A stretch of 62,794 bases of DNA, the filler included, from an uncultured Synergistales bacterium (GTDB taxonomy: Bacteria > Synergistota > Synergistia > Synergistales > Aminobacteriaceae): assembly GCA_937897575.1 (NCBI GenBank). It is 7 parts of 7 records of this genome, joined end to end, with 100 filler letters (N's around TTAATTAATTAA, not from the genome) between each part and the next. Parts side by side here need not be neighbours in the genome. Positions count along the whole stretch, not along the records: positions 10,546 to 27,070 come from CALCQG010000005.1; positions 27,171 to 49,499 come from CALCQG010000006.1; 5 more parts are not named here. One strand, given 5' to 3'. A program made the position numbers and the translations under genes. The notes under the pieces are model-generated. The model saw nothing but the letters and a program-made list of their open reading frames with translations, was not told the DNA's origin and made no database searches. Positions 20,265 through 30,006 of the stretch are shown one piece after another; positions within the stretch are counted from its first letter, which is position 1, and each line of letters opens with the position of its first letter.

Positions 20265-21068
20265 CTACGCGACTGCGGCGGGCGGCGCCGGCAGAGACTG
20301 GTCGAGGAAGACGACCGCCTCGTCGTCCTCCCTGGATGCCGCTCGTTCGGGCCACCGGAGTATCTCCATGGTGCCGTCCAGGTTCTCCACGAGGGCGGTG
20401 CAGTTTTCCACCCAGTCGCCGCAGTTGAGGTACCGGATGCCCTGAAACTCCCGGATGGCCGGCGAGTGGATGTGCCCGCAGATGATGCCGTCGGCGCCGC
20501 TCTCCCGGACGGACCGGAGGACGCACAGCTCGTAGTGCCCGATGTACTTCACGGCATCCTTGACCTTCCTCTTGAGAAAGTCCGAGAGGGACCAGTACCC
20601 GAAGCCCAGGAGGGAGCGGACGCGGTCGAGCCACAGGTTGAGGGAGAGGGAGAGGTCGTAGGCCCTGTCCCCCAGATGGGCGAGCCGGTTGCTGCAGAAG
20701 GCGGCGCTGTCGTACTCGTGTCCGTGGACGATGAGGTAGTCCCGGCCGTCGAGCCCCTTGTGGCGGGCTTTGCGGCAGACGGTGACCCCTCCGAAGGAGT
20801 ATCCGTCGAACTCGGACAGGAACTCGTCGTGGTTGCCGACGATATACCGCACGTCGGTCTTCTTCGAGAGCTTCAGGATCTTCCGTATCACGGCGTTGTG
20901 GGAGTTGGGCCACCCCGGTTTTCTCTTCAGCTTCCAGCCGTCGATGATGTCCCCCACGAGGTAGAGCTGCTCGCACTCGATCCCCGAGAGGAACGAGGAG
21001 AGACACTTTGCCCGGCACCACTTCGTCCCGAGGTGCACATCGGAGAGAAATACAGCCCGATACTTCAC
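20265..21068 (-). CDS. LpxH2/PlcP-like metallophosphoesterase (usually annotated UDP-2,3-diacylglucosamine diphosphatase)
   Basis: [63 protein letters not shown] before GTG. Confidence 0.88.
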   Translation of the reverse strand: MKYRAVFLSDVHLGTKWCRAKCLSSFLSGIECEQLYLVGDIIDGWKLKRKPGWPNSHNAVIRKILKLSKKTDVRYIVGNHDEFLSEFDGYSFGGVTVCRKARHKGLDGRDYLIVHGHEYDSAAFCSNRLAHLGDRAYDLSLSLNLWLDRVRSLLGFGYWSLSDFLKRKVKDAVKYIGHYELCVLRSVRESGADGIICGHIHSPAIREFQGIRYLNCGDWVENCTALVENLDGTMEILRWPERAASREDDEAVVFLDQSLPAPPAAVA

Positions 21069-21100
21069 GCGGTCGCCTCCTTCGTCGTTCTCTACCCAGA

Positions 21101-21143
21101 AGGATAGGGCGCCTCGGTGACGGGTGTGTTACGGCACTGTGCC
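21101..21143 (-). promoter_or_regulatory. Candidate Pho-box promoter of the PlcP-like gene
   Basis: Minus strand GGCACA-N5-GTAACA-N5-GTCACC, then 9 nt, then -10-like TATCCT. Confidence 0.6.
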
Positions 21144-21152
21144 GGTTCCGTA

Positions 21153-24100
21153 TCAATAGTCGTAGGGGTCGTTGGGGGAGAGGGAGTCCTCCGAGGTGCC
21201 CGACGGGACGATCTGCCGGAGGATGTTCTGCAGGATCTGCTGTTTGACCTGGTCCTCCGTGCTCTTGGTGGTGTTCGCGCCCTCCCCCACGGGGAACTCG
21301 AGGGTGACGGTGATCTTCTGTTCGTCCCGCCCCGGGCTCGTCGGCCTCGGGAAGGAGATGGGCTTCTGCTGGTTCATCACAAGAAGGTCCGAGAGCGCCG
21401 GGTCCTGCCAGGTCCCCTTGAGGTTGAAGGTGAGCTCCCGGAAGTCGTTGTTCGATATGCCGCCCACGAGGCCCGAGAGGAGATTCTGGAAGAACTCGGG
21501 CGAGAGGGGGTTGCCGTCCACGGACAGGATGCCCTGGAGGGCGCCGAGCACGGTGTTGAGGGCCCGGATGTTCACGTCTCCGGCGCACCGGAGGTCCAGC
21601 GGGGTGTCCCGGAACCCGACGGAGCCGCTGGCCGAGAGGTAGCGGTAGATCTTGTCCCCAATGGGGGCCGTCACCCGGCTTCCGGGCATGAGGTAGATGT
21701 TCCGGCCGTCCACGCTGAAGTGCGACAGGGCGGAGGCGAAGCGCACCGTGCCGTCCTTCGCCAGGGCGTCCAGCCCCTCGAAGCCCGACAGGGCCCCGTC
21801 CTTGGCCGAGAACTCGCCGCTTCCGAACATGAGGCCCACCATGCCCCCCGTGCCGCTCCCCGTGACGGAGAGGTCGGCGATGCCCGTGAGGCGCCCCGCC
21901 CCCGCGAAGAAGCTCTCCGTCGCCTTGTCCAGGTCCATCCCACGGATGGCGAGGGTCCCGTTCCAGCGCATGGTGGCGGGGTCCACCTCCGCCGCCACGG
22001 AGAACTTGCCGCCGTGGCTGTCCCCCCGGCCGTCGGAGATGATCACGCTCTTCCCGCGCCAGGTGAAGGGGACGACCACGTTCGTGACGGCGACGCCGTA
22101 GACCTGGACGCTCTTCGAGGTGACCGTCCCGTCGGCCTGGACGGTCCCGTCCCCGAGGCGTCCCCGCACCTCGAGGTCGACGCCTCCGCGGAGGCCGTTC
22201 GTCGTCTGGGACGAGACGCCCGCCATGGCCCGGTCGAGGTCGATCGCGCCCCTGTTCTTCACGGTGAAGGTCACGGCGTCCTTCGCGCGGACGAAGTCGC
22301 CCTCCAGGGCGATGGGACCGCGCCCCAGGGAGCCCTCGAGGTCGACGTGCACCCCGTTCTGTCCCGTCGAGCGCGCCGTGAGCCTGACCCGCTCCATCAG
22401 GGTGCCGTAGACGGACAGGATGGACGAGTCGGCGGAGAGCGCGATCGAGGCGGGCTTCCCCGCCCCCGTCGTCAGCGTGAAGTTTCCGTTCATCTGGCCG
22501 CTGACCGTGGCCGAGGGGAAGAAGCGGTCCCGGACGGTGGCGATGTCCAGGCTCCGGACGGTCCCCTTCAGGGTGCCCGTCGAGCTCCCCGCCAGGGCGA
22601 GCTCCCCCTGCAAAGCAAGGGGGGCGCCGAAGACGTTGCCCGAGAACGCCGTCAGCTTCAGAGCGGCGGAGTTGCCCGCCGCCTCCGCCCGGACCTTGGC
22701 GACGGGCACGCCCAGGACGGTGGCCTCGTTCGTCTCCATCGTCACGGCGATCGTCGGATCCGACGCCTTTCCCGCCAGGGAGAAGGTCCCCGAGAGGGCG
22801 CCGGAGAACTCGCCGGGGTTCATCCCCTGCGCCGAGGCGATCCGCTGCACGGAGAGCCCGGAGAAACGCCCCTTCACGTCGATGGCCTGGTCCCGGGCGA
22901 GGGAGCCACCTCCGCTGAACTCCACCCGCCCTCCGAAGAGGGCGGCCGACCCTCCGGTGACGGAGAGCCGCCCGTTGTCGAGGCGTCCGCCGAAGGCGAG
23001 GTTGCGGAGGGGCAGAGTGGGCGAGAGGGAGGCGTCCTGTCCGCGGACGGAGAAGGTCACGTCGGGCTCCCGCAGCGGGCCCTCGGCCCTCCAGGTGAGG
23101 TCGTAGACGCCGCCGAGGGCGAGCCCCTTCGCTCCCTTTCCGAGAAGGGTCTGGACGGCCTCGCCCCGGATCCCCTTCCCCTCGCCGGACAGAGCCATGG
23201 AGCCCGGGCCCTTCTCGAGCCCCGAGAGGCTCCCGCCGCCCGTGACCGTTCCGCCCGCCGGGAGGGAGACGGTGAAGGAGGGCAGGCGGAGCGTCCCGTC
23301 GGCCAGGGAGAAGGCCACCTTCAGCTTTCGGCCTTCGGCCCCGAGGGCGAAGATCTTGGGGGCCGAGAGGGTCCCCTCGGCGGAGATGGCGTTGTCCGCG
23401 CCGAAGGAGAGCGCCGCGTCCAGGGCCCCCGTGCCGCCGAGGTTCATGCCCGGGGCGTAGAGGATCCCCGCGGACTTGATGTCCAGGCGGTCCGTCGTCA
23501 GCCGCACCGTCAGAGGGCCGCCGCCTCCGAGGGAGATGTCGCCCCGCACCGTCAGGGGCGTCCCGTTCCACTGACCCGAGGCGGCGAGGGCGACGGACGC
23601 CCCGTCGACCAGCGTCGCCGTCCCGGAGACGGCCTGCACGGGGAACTCGCCGATCCGGAGGGCGGGCGCCTCGAAGGTCACGGGGCCGCCGAGCCGCGAC
23701 ATGGGGCCCTCCAGAGCGACCTTCAGCGTGGAGAGGGTCCCGCTCCAGGTGGACAGCCAGGGGAGGAGCCCCCTCCACTCGCCGAGGGCGACCTGCTCGA
23801 GGGCGAGGGTCACCGTTGCCCGGGGTGCCGCTTCGCCGAAGGCGAGGGCGACGGAGCCCTGGACGGGGGACGAGAAGACCCGCCCGTTGTGAAAGGACGC
23901 CGTCATGGCCTTGGGGTCGGCGGTCCAGTGAAAGTCCCCCTCCGCGTCGATGCCGGCGATGTGCCCCCCCTCGAGGCGCCCCTCGCCAGAGAGGAGGACC
24001 TGCCCCTCCCGAACGCTGGCCGAGAGGGAGGACGTGACGCCCCCCTTCAGCGGGACGTCCAGCCCGGCGGCGGAGACGATCTGCTCGAGCCGGAGGCCCT

Positions 24101-24767
24101 CCATGGTCCCCTTCACGTCCAGGGGCGTCAGGGCGCCGGAGAGGGCCACCACTGTGTCCCCCGCCCGGAGGAAGGCGTCGGTGACGGTGAGGGCGTCGTC
24201 GGCCACCACGGAGCCGCCGACGTCGAAGGGGATGCCCAGGAAGGTCCCCGAGGCGGAGACCGTGGCGCTCCCCTCCCCCGGAGAGAGCCGGGCACTCTTC
24301 ATGATGAAGTCCCCGCTCGCCGTGCCGATGGTGACCGGTTCGAAACGGATCACGGGGAAATTTTTCAGGGAGAAGGCCTTGCCCGTGGAGGGGGCTCTGG
24401 CCCGGAGGGCGGCCAGGAGCCCTTCGGCCGAGAGGGCCCCGTTCCGGACGGTGATGCTCCTGGGCAGAGGGTCGCCCCGGAGCAGGGAGGGCAGCAGCAG
24501 GCGCAGCACGACGACGGGGGCCCGGGCGATCTCGCCCTCTGGGCTCGTAATCGTGATGTCCCGCACCCTGTAGCCCGTGATGGGGTTGCCCGAGACGCTC
24601 CCCACCTCGAGCGTGCTGCCGGGCAGGGCCGACACGGCATCCTTCAGGGCGGCCACAATCTGGTCCGTCCCGATATCCTGCCTCGGAAGGACGAAAAAGG
24701 CCAGTACCATGACGATCAGGGCAAGGGCCGAGAGGCCGATTGCCCACCATCGCTTCCCTTTTGCCAT
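21153..24767 (-). CDS. AsmA/TamB-like large periplasmic beta-taco protein
   Basis: N-terminal basic+TM anchor ([19 protein letters not shown]), about 1200 aa of Gly-rich amphipathic beta repeats, AsmA-like C-terminus ([12 protein letters not shown]). Confidence 0.8.
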   Translation of the reverse strand: MAKGKRWWAIGLSALALIVMVLAFFVLPRQDIGTDQIVAALKDAVSALPGSTLEVGSVSGNPITGYRVRDITITSPEGEIARAPVVVLRLLLPSLLRGDPLPRSITVRNGALSAEGLLAALRARAPSTGKAFSLKNFPVIRFEPVTIGTASGDFIMKSARLSPGEGSATVSASGTFLGIPFDVGGSVVADDALTVTDAFLRAGDTVVALSGALTPLDVKGTMEGLRLEQIVSAAGLDVPLKGGVTSSLSASVREGQVLLSGEGRLEGGHIAGIDAEGDFHWTADPKAMTASFHNGRVFSSPVQGSVALAFGEAAPRATVTLALEQVALGEWRGLLPWLSTWSGTLSTLKVALEGPMSRLGGPVTFEAPALRIGEFPVQAVSGTATLVDGASVALAASGQWNGTPLTVRGDISLGGGGPLTVRLTTDRLDIKSAGILYAPGMNLGGTGALDAALSFGADNAISAEGTLSAPKIFALGAEGRKLKVAFSLADGTLRLPSFTVSLPAGGTVTGGGSLSGLEKGPGSMALSGEGKGIRGEAVQTLLGKGAKGLALGGVYDLTWRAEGPLREPDVTFSVRGQDASLSPTLPLRNLAFGGRLDNGRLSVTGGSAALFGGRVEFSGGGSLARDQAIDVKGRFSGLSVQRIASAQGMNPGEFSGALSGTFSLAGKASDPTIAVTMETNEATVLGVPVAKVRAEAAGNSAALKLTAFSGNVFGAPLALQGELALAGSSTGTLKGTVRSLDIATVRDRFFPSATVSGQMNGNFTLTTGAGKPASIALSADSSILSVYGTLMERVRLTARSTGQNGVHVDLEGSLGRGPIALEGDFVRAKDAVTFTVKNRGAIDLDRAMAGVSSQTTNGLRGGVDLEVRGRLGDGTVQADGTVTSKSVQVYGVAVTNVVVPFTWRGKSVIISDGRGDSHGGKFSVAAEVDPATMRWNGTLAIRGMDLDKATESFFAGAGRLTGIADLSVTGSGTGGMVGLMFGSGEFSAKDGALSGFEGLDALAKDGTVRFASALSHFSVDGRNIYLMPGSRVTAPIGDKIYRYLSASGSVGFRDTPLDLRCAGDVNIRALNTVLGALQGILSVDGNPLSPEFFQNLLSGLVGGISNNDFRELTFNLKGTWQDPALSDLLVMNQQKPISFPRPTSPGRDEQKITVTLEFPVGEGANTTKSTEDQVKQQILQNILRQIVPSGTSEDSLSPNDPYDY

Positions 24768-24908
24768 CCGGGTTCCCTCACTCCTCGCTCTCCCCGCTTT
24801 TATGCTCATTCTACGGGATTCTCGGCATGATACGCAACCGGAGAGCGGGATACCAGCGCATTTCTACTGAAACAGGCGAACATGGCCGTCCTAGTGCCCT
24901 CCTTTGAA

Positions 24909-25015
24909 TGTGAAAAATGTGCATATGTGGACAAGGCGGTGGACAGGAGGGTGAAAAAGAGGCGTTTGCACGGCGGACAGGACGTTTTGTGCATAACTTG
25001 TTCGCCTGTGGAGCA
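24909..25015. promoter_or_regulatory. Cluster of co-oriented DnaA boxes (candidate oriC)
   Basis: TGTGAAAAA 24909, TGTGCATAT 24918, TGTGGACAA 24926, GGTGAAAAA 24950, TGTGCATAA 24988 versus consensus TGTGNAWAA; noncoding; about 1 kb from rsmG-parA. Confidence 0.65.
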
Positions 25016-25079
25016 TAGTTTGCCGTCACACTAGAGGAGGTTCGGAGGCGGAAAATGAGGCACAGAACGAAAAAGAGGA

Positions 25080-25829
25080 CTAGTCCGAAAGGCTCAAAAT
25101 TTGCTCCGCCGAGGTGAGCCGAATTTCACATCTTCCCCGGGAGAGCAGGACCTTCCCCAGGGCATGGACCGTCTGGCCGGGACGAAGGGTCCAGAGGGGC
25201 TCCGTGTCCTCATTGCGGTGGGCCGAGAGCGTCACCCTGTCCCCCGTCAGGAGGAGTCGGTCGCCCGAGACATCGGCCCGTTCGATGGTGAGGCGGACCG
25301 TCACGAAGGCCCCGGCGAGGTAGGGCGCCTCGCTCCAGAGCTGGTTCGCCGTGAAGACCTTCCGCCGTCCGTCGCTCCAGAGGCCTGCCCCCCTGGCCTT
25401 CGCCCCGCGGAGGGCGTCCAGGATCTTCTTGCGGTGCCGTTCGTTCGGAGGGATGAATAAAGGAAGGGCAAGGCCGGCACGGACGAGCTCGGCGTTCACG
25501 AGCAGCTCGCCTCCGGGCGCCTCCACCCAGAGGTAGGCGAGGCGTCGGCCGTAGACGTCGTAGGTCTCCTCGTCGAAGGTGACCCGCAGCGGCCCAAGGG
25601 CGAGCAGGCGGGCGTTCAGGTCCCGAGCCTCCCGGCCGAGCTCCTCCTCGGGGCGGGCGGGGTGGTGAAGCTCCGGCGCGTCGATGAGGAGGTACCGTAC
25701 CGTCTGGCGGTCGCCCTCCACCGTCAGGGTGATGGTGTCGCCGTCGTGCACCTCCACGGCCGCCACGGGCAGCCGTGTCTCCGCTCCCGGCGGGGACGCC
25801 GCGAGGAGCGCGAGAAGCAGGGCGAGCAA
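25080..25829 (-). CDS. Secreted thermonuclease (SNase family) with C-terminal extension
   Basis: VHDGDTI, VRYLLIDAPE, DVYGRRLAY, NAELVRAGLA, GLW; signal-like N-terminus. Start uncertain (TTG 25829 after GGAGG). Confidence 0.88.
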   Translation of the reverse strand: MLALLLALLAASPPGAETRLPVAAVEVHDGDTITLTVEGDRQTVRYLLIDAPELHHPARPEEELGREARDLNARLLALGPLRVTFDEETYDVYGRRLAYLWVEAPGGELLVNAELVRAGLALPLFIPPNERHRKKILDALRGAKARGAGLWSDGRRKVFTANQLWSEAPYLAGAFVTVRLTIERADVSGDRLLLTGDRVTLSAHRNEDTEPLWTLRPGQTVHALGKVLLSRGRCEIRLTSAEQILSLSD

Positions 25830-25963
25830 CAGAACGCCTCCGGTCCGACGGGATATGGCCGTTCCCCCCTTTCGGAGGATTGTACCCCCACGCCTCCCCG
25901 GGGAAAAGGCCGTGAGGGTATATAATGAAACACGCAACGGGGAGAACGGGAAAAAGGAGCTGA

Positions 25964-26638
25964 TTGCCCGTGGCCATGAACGGCCTGACGACGGGACAGG
26001 AGGAGACGCTCCGACGGTACGGCGAGCTGCTCGCCTCCTACAGGGGGCGTGTCCGCCTGACGGGCCCCCAGGAGGAGGGCGCGCTCTGGGAGGACCACAT
26101 CCTCGACTGCGCGGCGTCGGTGCCCCATCTGCCCCCATCGGGGCGGATCGTGGACGTGGGGTCCGGGGGCGGGCTGCCGGGCCTCGTATGGGCCATCCTC
26201 CGTCCGGATCTCGATGTGACGCTGCTGGACAGCGTCCGGAAGAAGTGCGACGCCCTCTCGGAGATGGCGGACGTTCTCAAGCTCCGCAACGTTCGGGTCG
26301 TCTGGAGCCGCTGCGAGGACTACGCCCGCGGGGAGCGGGAGTCCTTCGATCTCGCCGGGGCCCGGGCCCTGGCCCAGGCGGGTGTGCTCACCGAGCTCCT
26401 CGCCCCTCTCGTGCGGGTGGAGGGTCGTCTTCTCGCCTTCAAGGGGCCGCTCCACGGGGAGGAGACGGCCCCCGTGGTTGGGCGCTGGGGCGACCTGGGC
26501 TTGTCAGCTCCGGCCGTCATGGCCTATCATGGAGACGGGGACGGGCGCGTCCTTCTCCTCTGGACGAAGGAGGCCCCCTGCCCCGGAAGATTCCCCAGAC
26601 GGGCGGGCGTGGCGGAAAAAACACACTGGTGGAGGTGA
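25964..26638 (+). CDS. rsmG: 16S rRNA m7G527 methyltransferase RsmG (GidB)
   Basis: HILD, DVGSGGGLPG, LLDSVRKK, ARALA, FKG, FPRRAG; TATAAT at 25921. Confidence 0.95.
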   Translation: MPVAMNGLTTGQEETLRRYGELLASYRGRVRLTGPQEEGALWEDHILDCAASVPHLPPSGRIVDVGSGGGLPGLVWAILRPDLDVTLLDSVRKKCDALSEMADVLKLRNVRVVWSRCEDYARGERESFDLAGARALAQAGVLTELLAPLVRVEGRLLAFKGPLHGEETAPVVGRWGDLGLSAPAVMAYHGDGDGRVLLLWTKEAPCPGRFPRRAGVAEKTHWWR

Positions 26639-26645
26639 CGCTCCT

Positions 26646-27070
26646 GTGCTTGTGATAACCGTCTCGAATCAGAAGGGCGGCGTGGGGAAGACCACCACCT
26701 GTGTGAACCTCGCCGCGGAGCTGGGACGGCGGAGGTACGCCACTCTGGTGGTGGACATCGACCCCCAGGCCAACTCGACGAGCGGGCTCGGGATCGCCCC
26801 CGGGAGCGTCGAGACCAGCATCTACGACGTGCTCCTCGGAGAGGCGGCGGTTGCCGAGTCCGTCGTGCGCACGCGCTGGGAGGGCGTCTCGCTCCTGCCG
26901 AGCACCATCGACCTCGCCGGCGCCGAAATCGAGCTGGCGAGCGCCATGAGCCGGGAGACGAAGCTCCGCCGCCAGCTCGAGGCCCTGAAGGGGTACGACG
27001 TGGCCATCGTGGACTGCCCCCCCTCCCTCGGGCTCCTCACGATCAACGGTCTGGTCGCGGCGGACAGGCT
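26646..27070 (+). CDS. parA: ParA/Soj chromosome partition ATPase, 3'-truncated
   Basis: NQKGGVGKTTT, DIDPQANSTSGLG, DCPPSLGLLT; GGAGG RBS. Confidence 0.95.
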
Positions 27071-27170
27071 NNNNNNNNNNNNNNNNNNNNNNNNNNNNNN
27101 NNNNNNNNNNNNNNTTAATTAATTAANNNNNNNNNNNNNNNNNNNNNNNNNNNNNNNNNNNNNNNNNNNN

Positions 27171-27488
27171 GATGCCGAGATCGCCCTCGTGGGCTACGGG
27201 AGCGAGGTCCGACCCGCCCTGGACGCGGCCCTTTCCGCCCGCGACAAGGGGATCAAGGTCGGAGTCCTGAAGATCGACGTCCCGTGGCCCTTCCCCGAGG
27301 AGGCCGTTGCCGAGGTGGCATCGGGAGTGAGAACCATGGTCACCGTGGAGATGAACATCGGAAAATACGCCGGCGAGATCGAGCGGGTCGTCTGCGGACG
27401 ATGCCGGACGGCCAGGGCGACGAAGAACCTCGGAGAGCCCCATACGCCGGAGGAGATCCTGACGGTGATCGAGGAGGTGCGGTCATGA
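27171..27488 (+). CDS. 2-oxoacid:ferredoxin oxidoreductase alpha subunit, C-terminal fragment
   Basis: DAEIALVGYGS, GIKVG, WPFP, VEMNIG; upstream of beta subunit. Confidence 0.9.
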   Translation, partial: DAEIALVGYGSEVRPALDAALSARDKGIKVGVLKIDVPWPFPEEAVAEVASGVRTMVTVEMNIGKYAGEIERVVCGRCRTARATKNLGEPHTPEEILTVIEEVRS

Positions 27489-28336
27489 GCGTTTCGACGA
27501 TGCCTGAGAAGGGCAACCCCCTTCTGAAGTACATGCGGCAGGATAAACTGCCCCACTTTTTCTGCCCTGGGTGCGGGTGCGGCCAGGTTGTCAGCGCCTT
27601 CCTGAGGGCCGTCGAGGCACTCAAGCTGGACCTCGGCACCATGGTGGGCATCGGAGGGGTGGGGTGCACCGCCCGCATTCCGGTGTACCTTCATATGGAC
27701 TGCCTGCACGGAGTGCACGGCCGGACCCTCGCGTGGGCCACGGGCATCAAACTCCACAAGCCGGACACGAAGGTCGTGGTCTTCGCCGGGGACGGCGACG
27801 CCATGTCCATAGGGGGCAACCACTTCATCCACGCGGCGCGGCGAAACCTCGACGTCACCTTCATCGTGGTGAACAACTTCAACTTCGCCATGACCGGCGG
27901 TCAAGTGGCTCCCATGACGCCCGGCGGAGCGGTCACCATGACCACGCCGTACGGCAGCAGCGAGCCCCCCTTCGACCTCTGCGCCATGGCGGTCACCTCG
28001 GGGGCCACCTACGTGGCCCGAACCCTCACGTCCAACCCGGCCCAGATGACCTCCTACATCAAGACCGCCCTGGACCACAAGGGCTTCTCCGTGGTGGAGA
28101 TCCTCTCCCAGTGCCCCACCCATTTCGGGCGGTATGCCTTGGGGAGCGGCAGCCCGAAGAACCTCGTGACGTGGATAAAGGACCACACGGTCCCCCTGAC
28201 CGCGGCGGACAAGATGAAGGCGGAGGAGCTCGAGGGAAAGTACCGGACGGGCGAGTTCATCAAGACGGAGCGCCCCGTCTTCATGGGAAGCACCGTCTGC
28301 AGCGCACCCTGCGCCGAGAAGGAGGGAAAGGCATGA
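27485..28336 (+). CDS. 2-oxoacid:ferredoxin oxidoreductase beta subunit
   Basis: FCPGCG, GVGC, HGR, GDGD..SIGGNH, NN..AMTGGQ, QCPT. Confidence 0.95.
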   Translation: MSVSTMPEKGNPLLKYMRQDKLPHFFCPGCGCGQVVSAFLRAVEALKLDLGTMVGIGGVGCTARIPVYLHMDCLHGVHGRTLAWATGIKLHKPDTKVVVFAGDGDAMSIGGNHFIHAARRNLDVTFIVVNNFNFAMTGGQVAPMTPGGAVTMTTPYGSSEPPFDLCAMAVTSGATYVARTLTSNPAQMTSYIKTALDHKGFSVVEILSQCPTHFGRYALGSGSPKNLVTWIKDHTVPLTAADKMKAEELEGKYRTGEFIKTERPVFMGSTVCSAPCAEKEGKA

Positions 28337-28884
28337 AACGCACCAGCATCCGATTCTGCGGCGTTGGCGGACAGGGCATCATCCTCTCCTCCGTGCTCCT
28401 CGGCGAGGCGGCGGTGACCCGGGAGGGGCTCTACGCCGCCCAGTCCCAGTCCTACGGCTCCGAGGCCCGGGGCGGGCAGTGCCAGTCCGAGGTGGTCCTC
28501 TCGGGCGAGCCCATCGGGACGCCCACGAGCACCGAGAACGACATCCTCGTGGCCATGTTCCAGACGGCCTACGACAGCCACAAGAATCAGGTAAAGCGGG
28601 GCGGCACCCTCTTCGTCGACGGCGGACTCGTGACGAACCTCGGCGACGTGGACCCCTCGGTCACCGTCTGGAAGGTGCCGGCCACCGAGTCGGCCATCCG
28701 GATGGGCAGCAGGATGGCGGGGAACATGGTCATGCTCGGCTTCGTCCAGGAGAAGACGAAGCTCGTCTCTCGGGAGAGCATCCTGGCCGCCATGGCGGAT
28801 TCGATCAAGGAGAAGTTCGTGCCCATCAACACGAAGGCCTTTGACGAAGGCGTCCGTCTCGCCAGGGAGGCGACGGGCGAATGA
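28333..28884 (+). CDS. 2-oxoacid:ferredoxin oxidoreductase gamma subunit
   Basis: GVGGQG, QSYGSEARGG, NMVMLG, NTKAF. Confidence 0.95.
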   Translation: MKRTSIRFCGVGGQGIILSSVLLGEAAVTREGLYAAQSQSYGSEARGGQCQSEVVLSGEPIGTPTSTENDILVAMFQTAYDSHKNQVKRGGTLFVDGGLVTNLGDVDPSVTVWKVPATESAIRMGSRMAGNMVMLGFVQEKTKLVSRESILAAMADSIKEKFVPINTKAFDEGVRLAREATGE

Positions 28885-30002
28885 AGCTCTACGAATTCCA
28901 GGGCAAGGCCCTCTTCAGAGAGGCCGGAATTCCTGTGCCGAAGGGGACGGTCTGCACCGCCGGCGACACCGGCGGGCTCTTCGCCCCGTCGGTGGTGAAG
29001 GCCCAGGTCCTCTCGGGCGGCAGAGGCAAGGCCGGGGCCGTTCAGATCGTCGAGACGCGCGACGAGGCGTCCCGGGCCGCCGAGGCCATCCTTTCCATGA
29101 CGCTGCGGGACGAACCGGTGCGCGCCGTCCTCGTGGAGGAGAAGGCCAAGATCCTGAAGGAGTACTACCTCGCGGTCACCTTCGACGGCGAGGCCGGAAC
29201 GCCGCTCTTCATAGCGAGCGCCTCCGGCGGGATGGACATCGAGTCCGTGGCGGACCAGACGCCTGAGAGAATCCTGAAGGTCCCCGTGGACGCCCTGTGG
29301 GGGCCGACGGACTACAAGATACGGGCTATGTGCGACTTTCTGGGGTACGGCGACAGACGGGAGTTTGCCTCTCTGGTCCGCGCGCTGTGGAGGCTCTTCC
29401 GCGAGAAAGACGCCGTGCTCGTGGAGATCAACCCTCTTGTCGCCACGGAGTCGGGCCTCGTGGCCCTGGACTCGAAGATCGAGATCGACTCCGACGCCGA
29501 AGGCCGCCAAAAGGCCCTCTTCGACCGATTCCGGGACGAACAGGCGCGAATAACGGGCCGGAGGGACGAGGGCGGACAGGACACCATCACCTACGTCCCC
29601 CTGGACGGCGACGTGGGGCTCATCTCCGACGGTGCCGGGACGGGAATGCTCTCCCTGGACCTCATCCGGGACTTCGGCGGCTCGGCGGCGGACTTCTGCG
29701 AGATGGGCGGGCTCACGAGCCCCGAGGTGATGTACTCCGCGATGGATCAGGTCTTCACGAAGGCGCCGGGTATCAAGAGCCTCCTGGTGGTCCTCATCGG
29801 CGGCTTCAACCGGATGGACGAGATGGCCGAAGGGATCGTCCGGTACCTTGAGGAACACCCCACCTCCGTTCCCCTGGTGGTCCGCCTCTGCGGCACTATG
29901 GAGGAGGAGGGGAAGACCATCATGCGGAGAGCGGGGCTCGCCGTATACGACGATCTTCGAACCGCCGTGTCCGACGCCGTGCGGTTCGCGAAAGGGGCAT
30001 AG
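28881..30002 (+). CDS. sucC: ADP-forming succinyl-CoA-synthetase-like beta subunit
   Basis: MKLYEFQGK, KAQVLSGGRGKAG, GGMDIE, EINPL, GAGTGM, VRLCGT. Confidence 0.9.
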   Translation: MKLYEFQGKALFREAGIPVPKGTVCTAGDTGGLFAPSVVKAQVLSGGRGKAGAVQIVETRDEASRAAEAILSMTLRDEPVRAVLVEEKAKILKEYYLAVTFDGEAGTPLFIASASGGMDIESVADQTPERILKVPVDALWGPTDYKIRAMCDFLGYGDRREFASLVRALWRLFREKDAVLVEINPLVATESGLVALDSKIEIDSDAEGRQKALFDRFRDEQARITGRRDEGGQDTITYVPLDGDVGLISDGAGTGMLSLDLIRDFGGSAADFCEMGGLTSPEVMYSAMDQVFTKAPGIKSLLVVLIGGFNRMDEMAEGIVRYLEEHPTSVPLVVRLCGTMEEEGKTIMRRAGLAVYDDLRTAVSDAVRFAKGA

Positions 30003-30006
30003 GAAT

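Noticed and set aside
19702..24830. Very long ORFs 19702-24750 (-, 1682 aa) and 21117-24830 (+, 1237 aa)
   Set aside because: Arg/Gly/Pro-rich shadow frames of the AsmA-like gene in high-GC DNA; only the last part of the first is real (ppk1 N-terminus)
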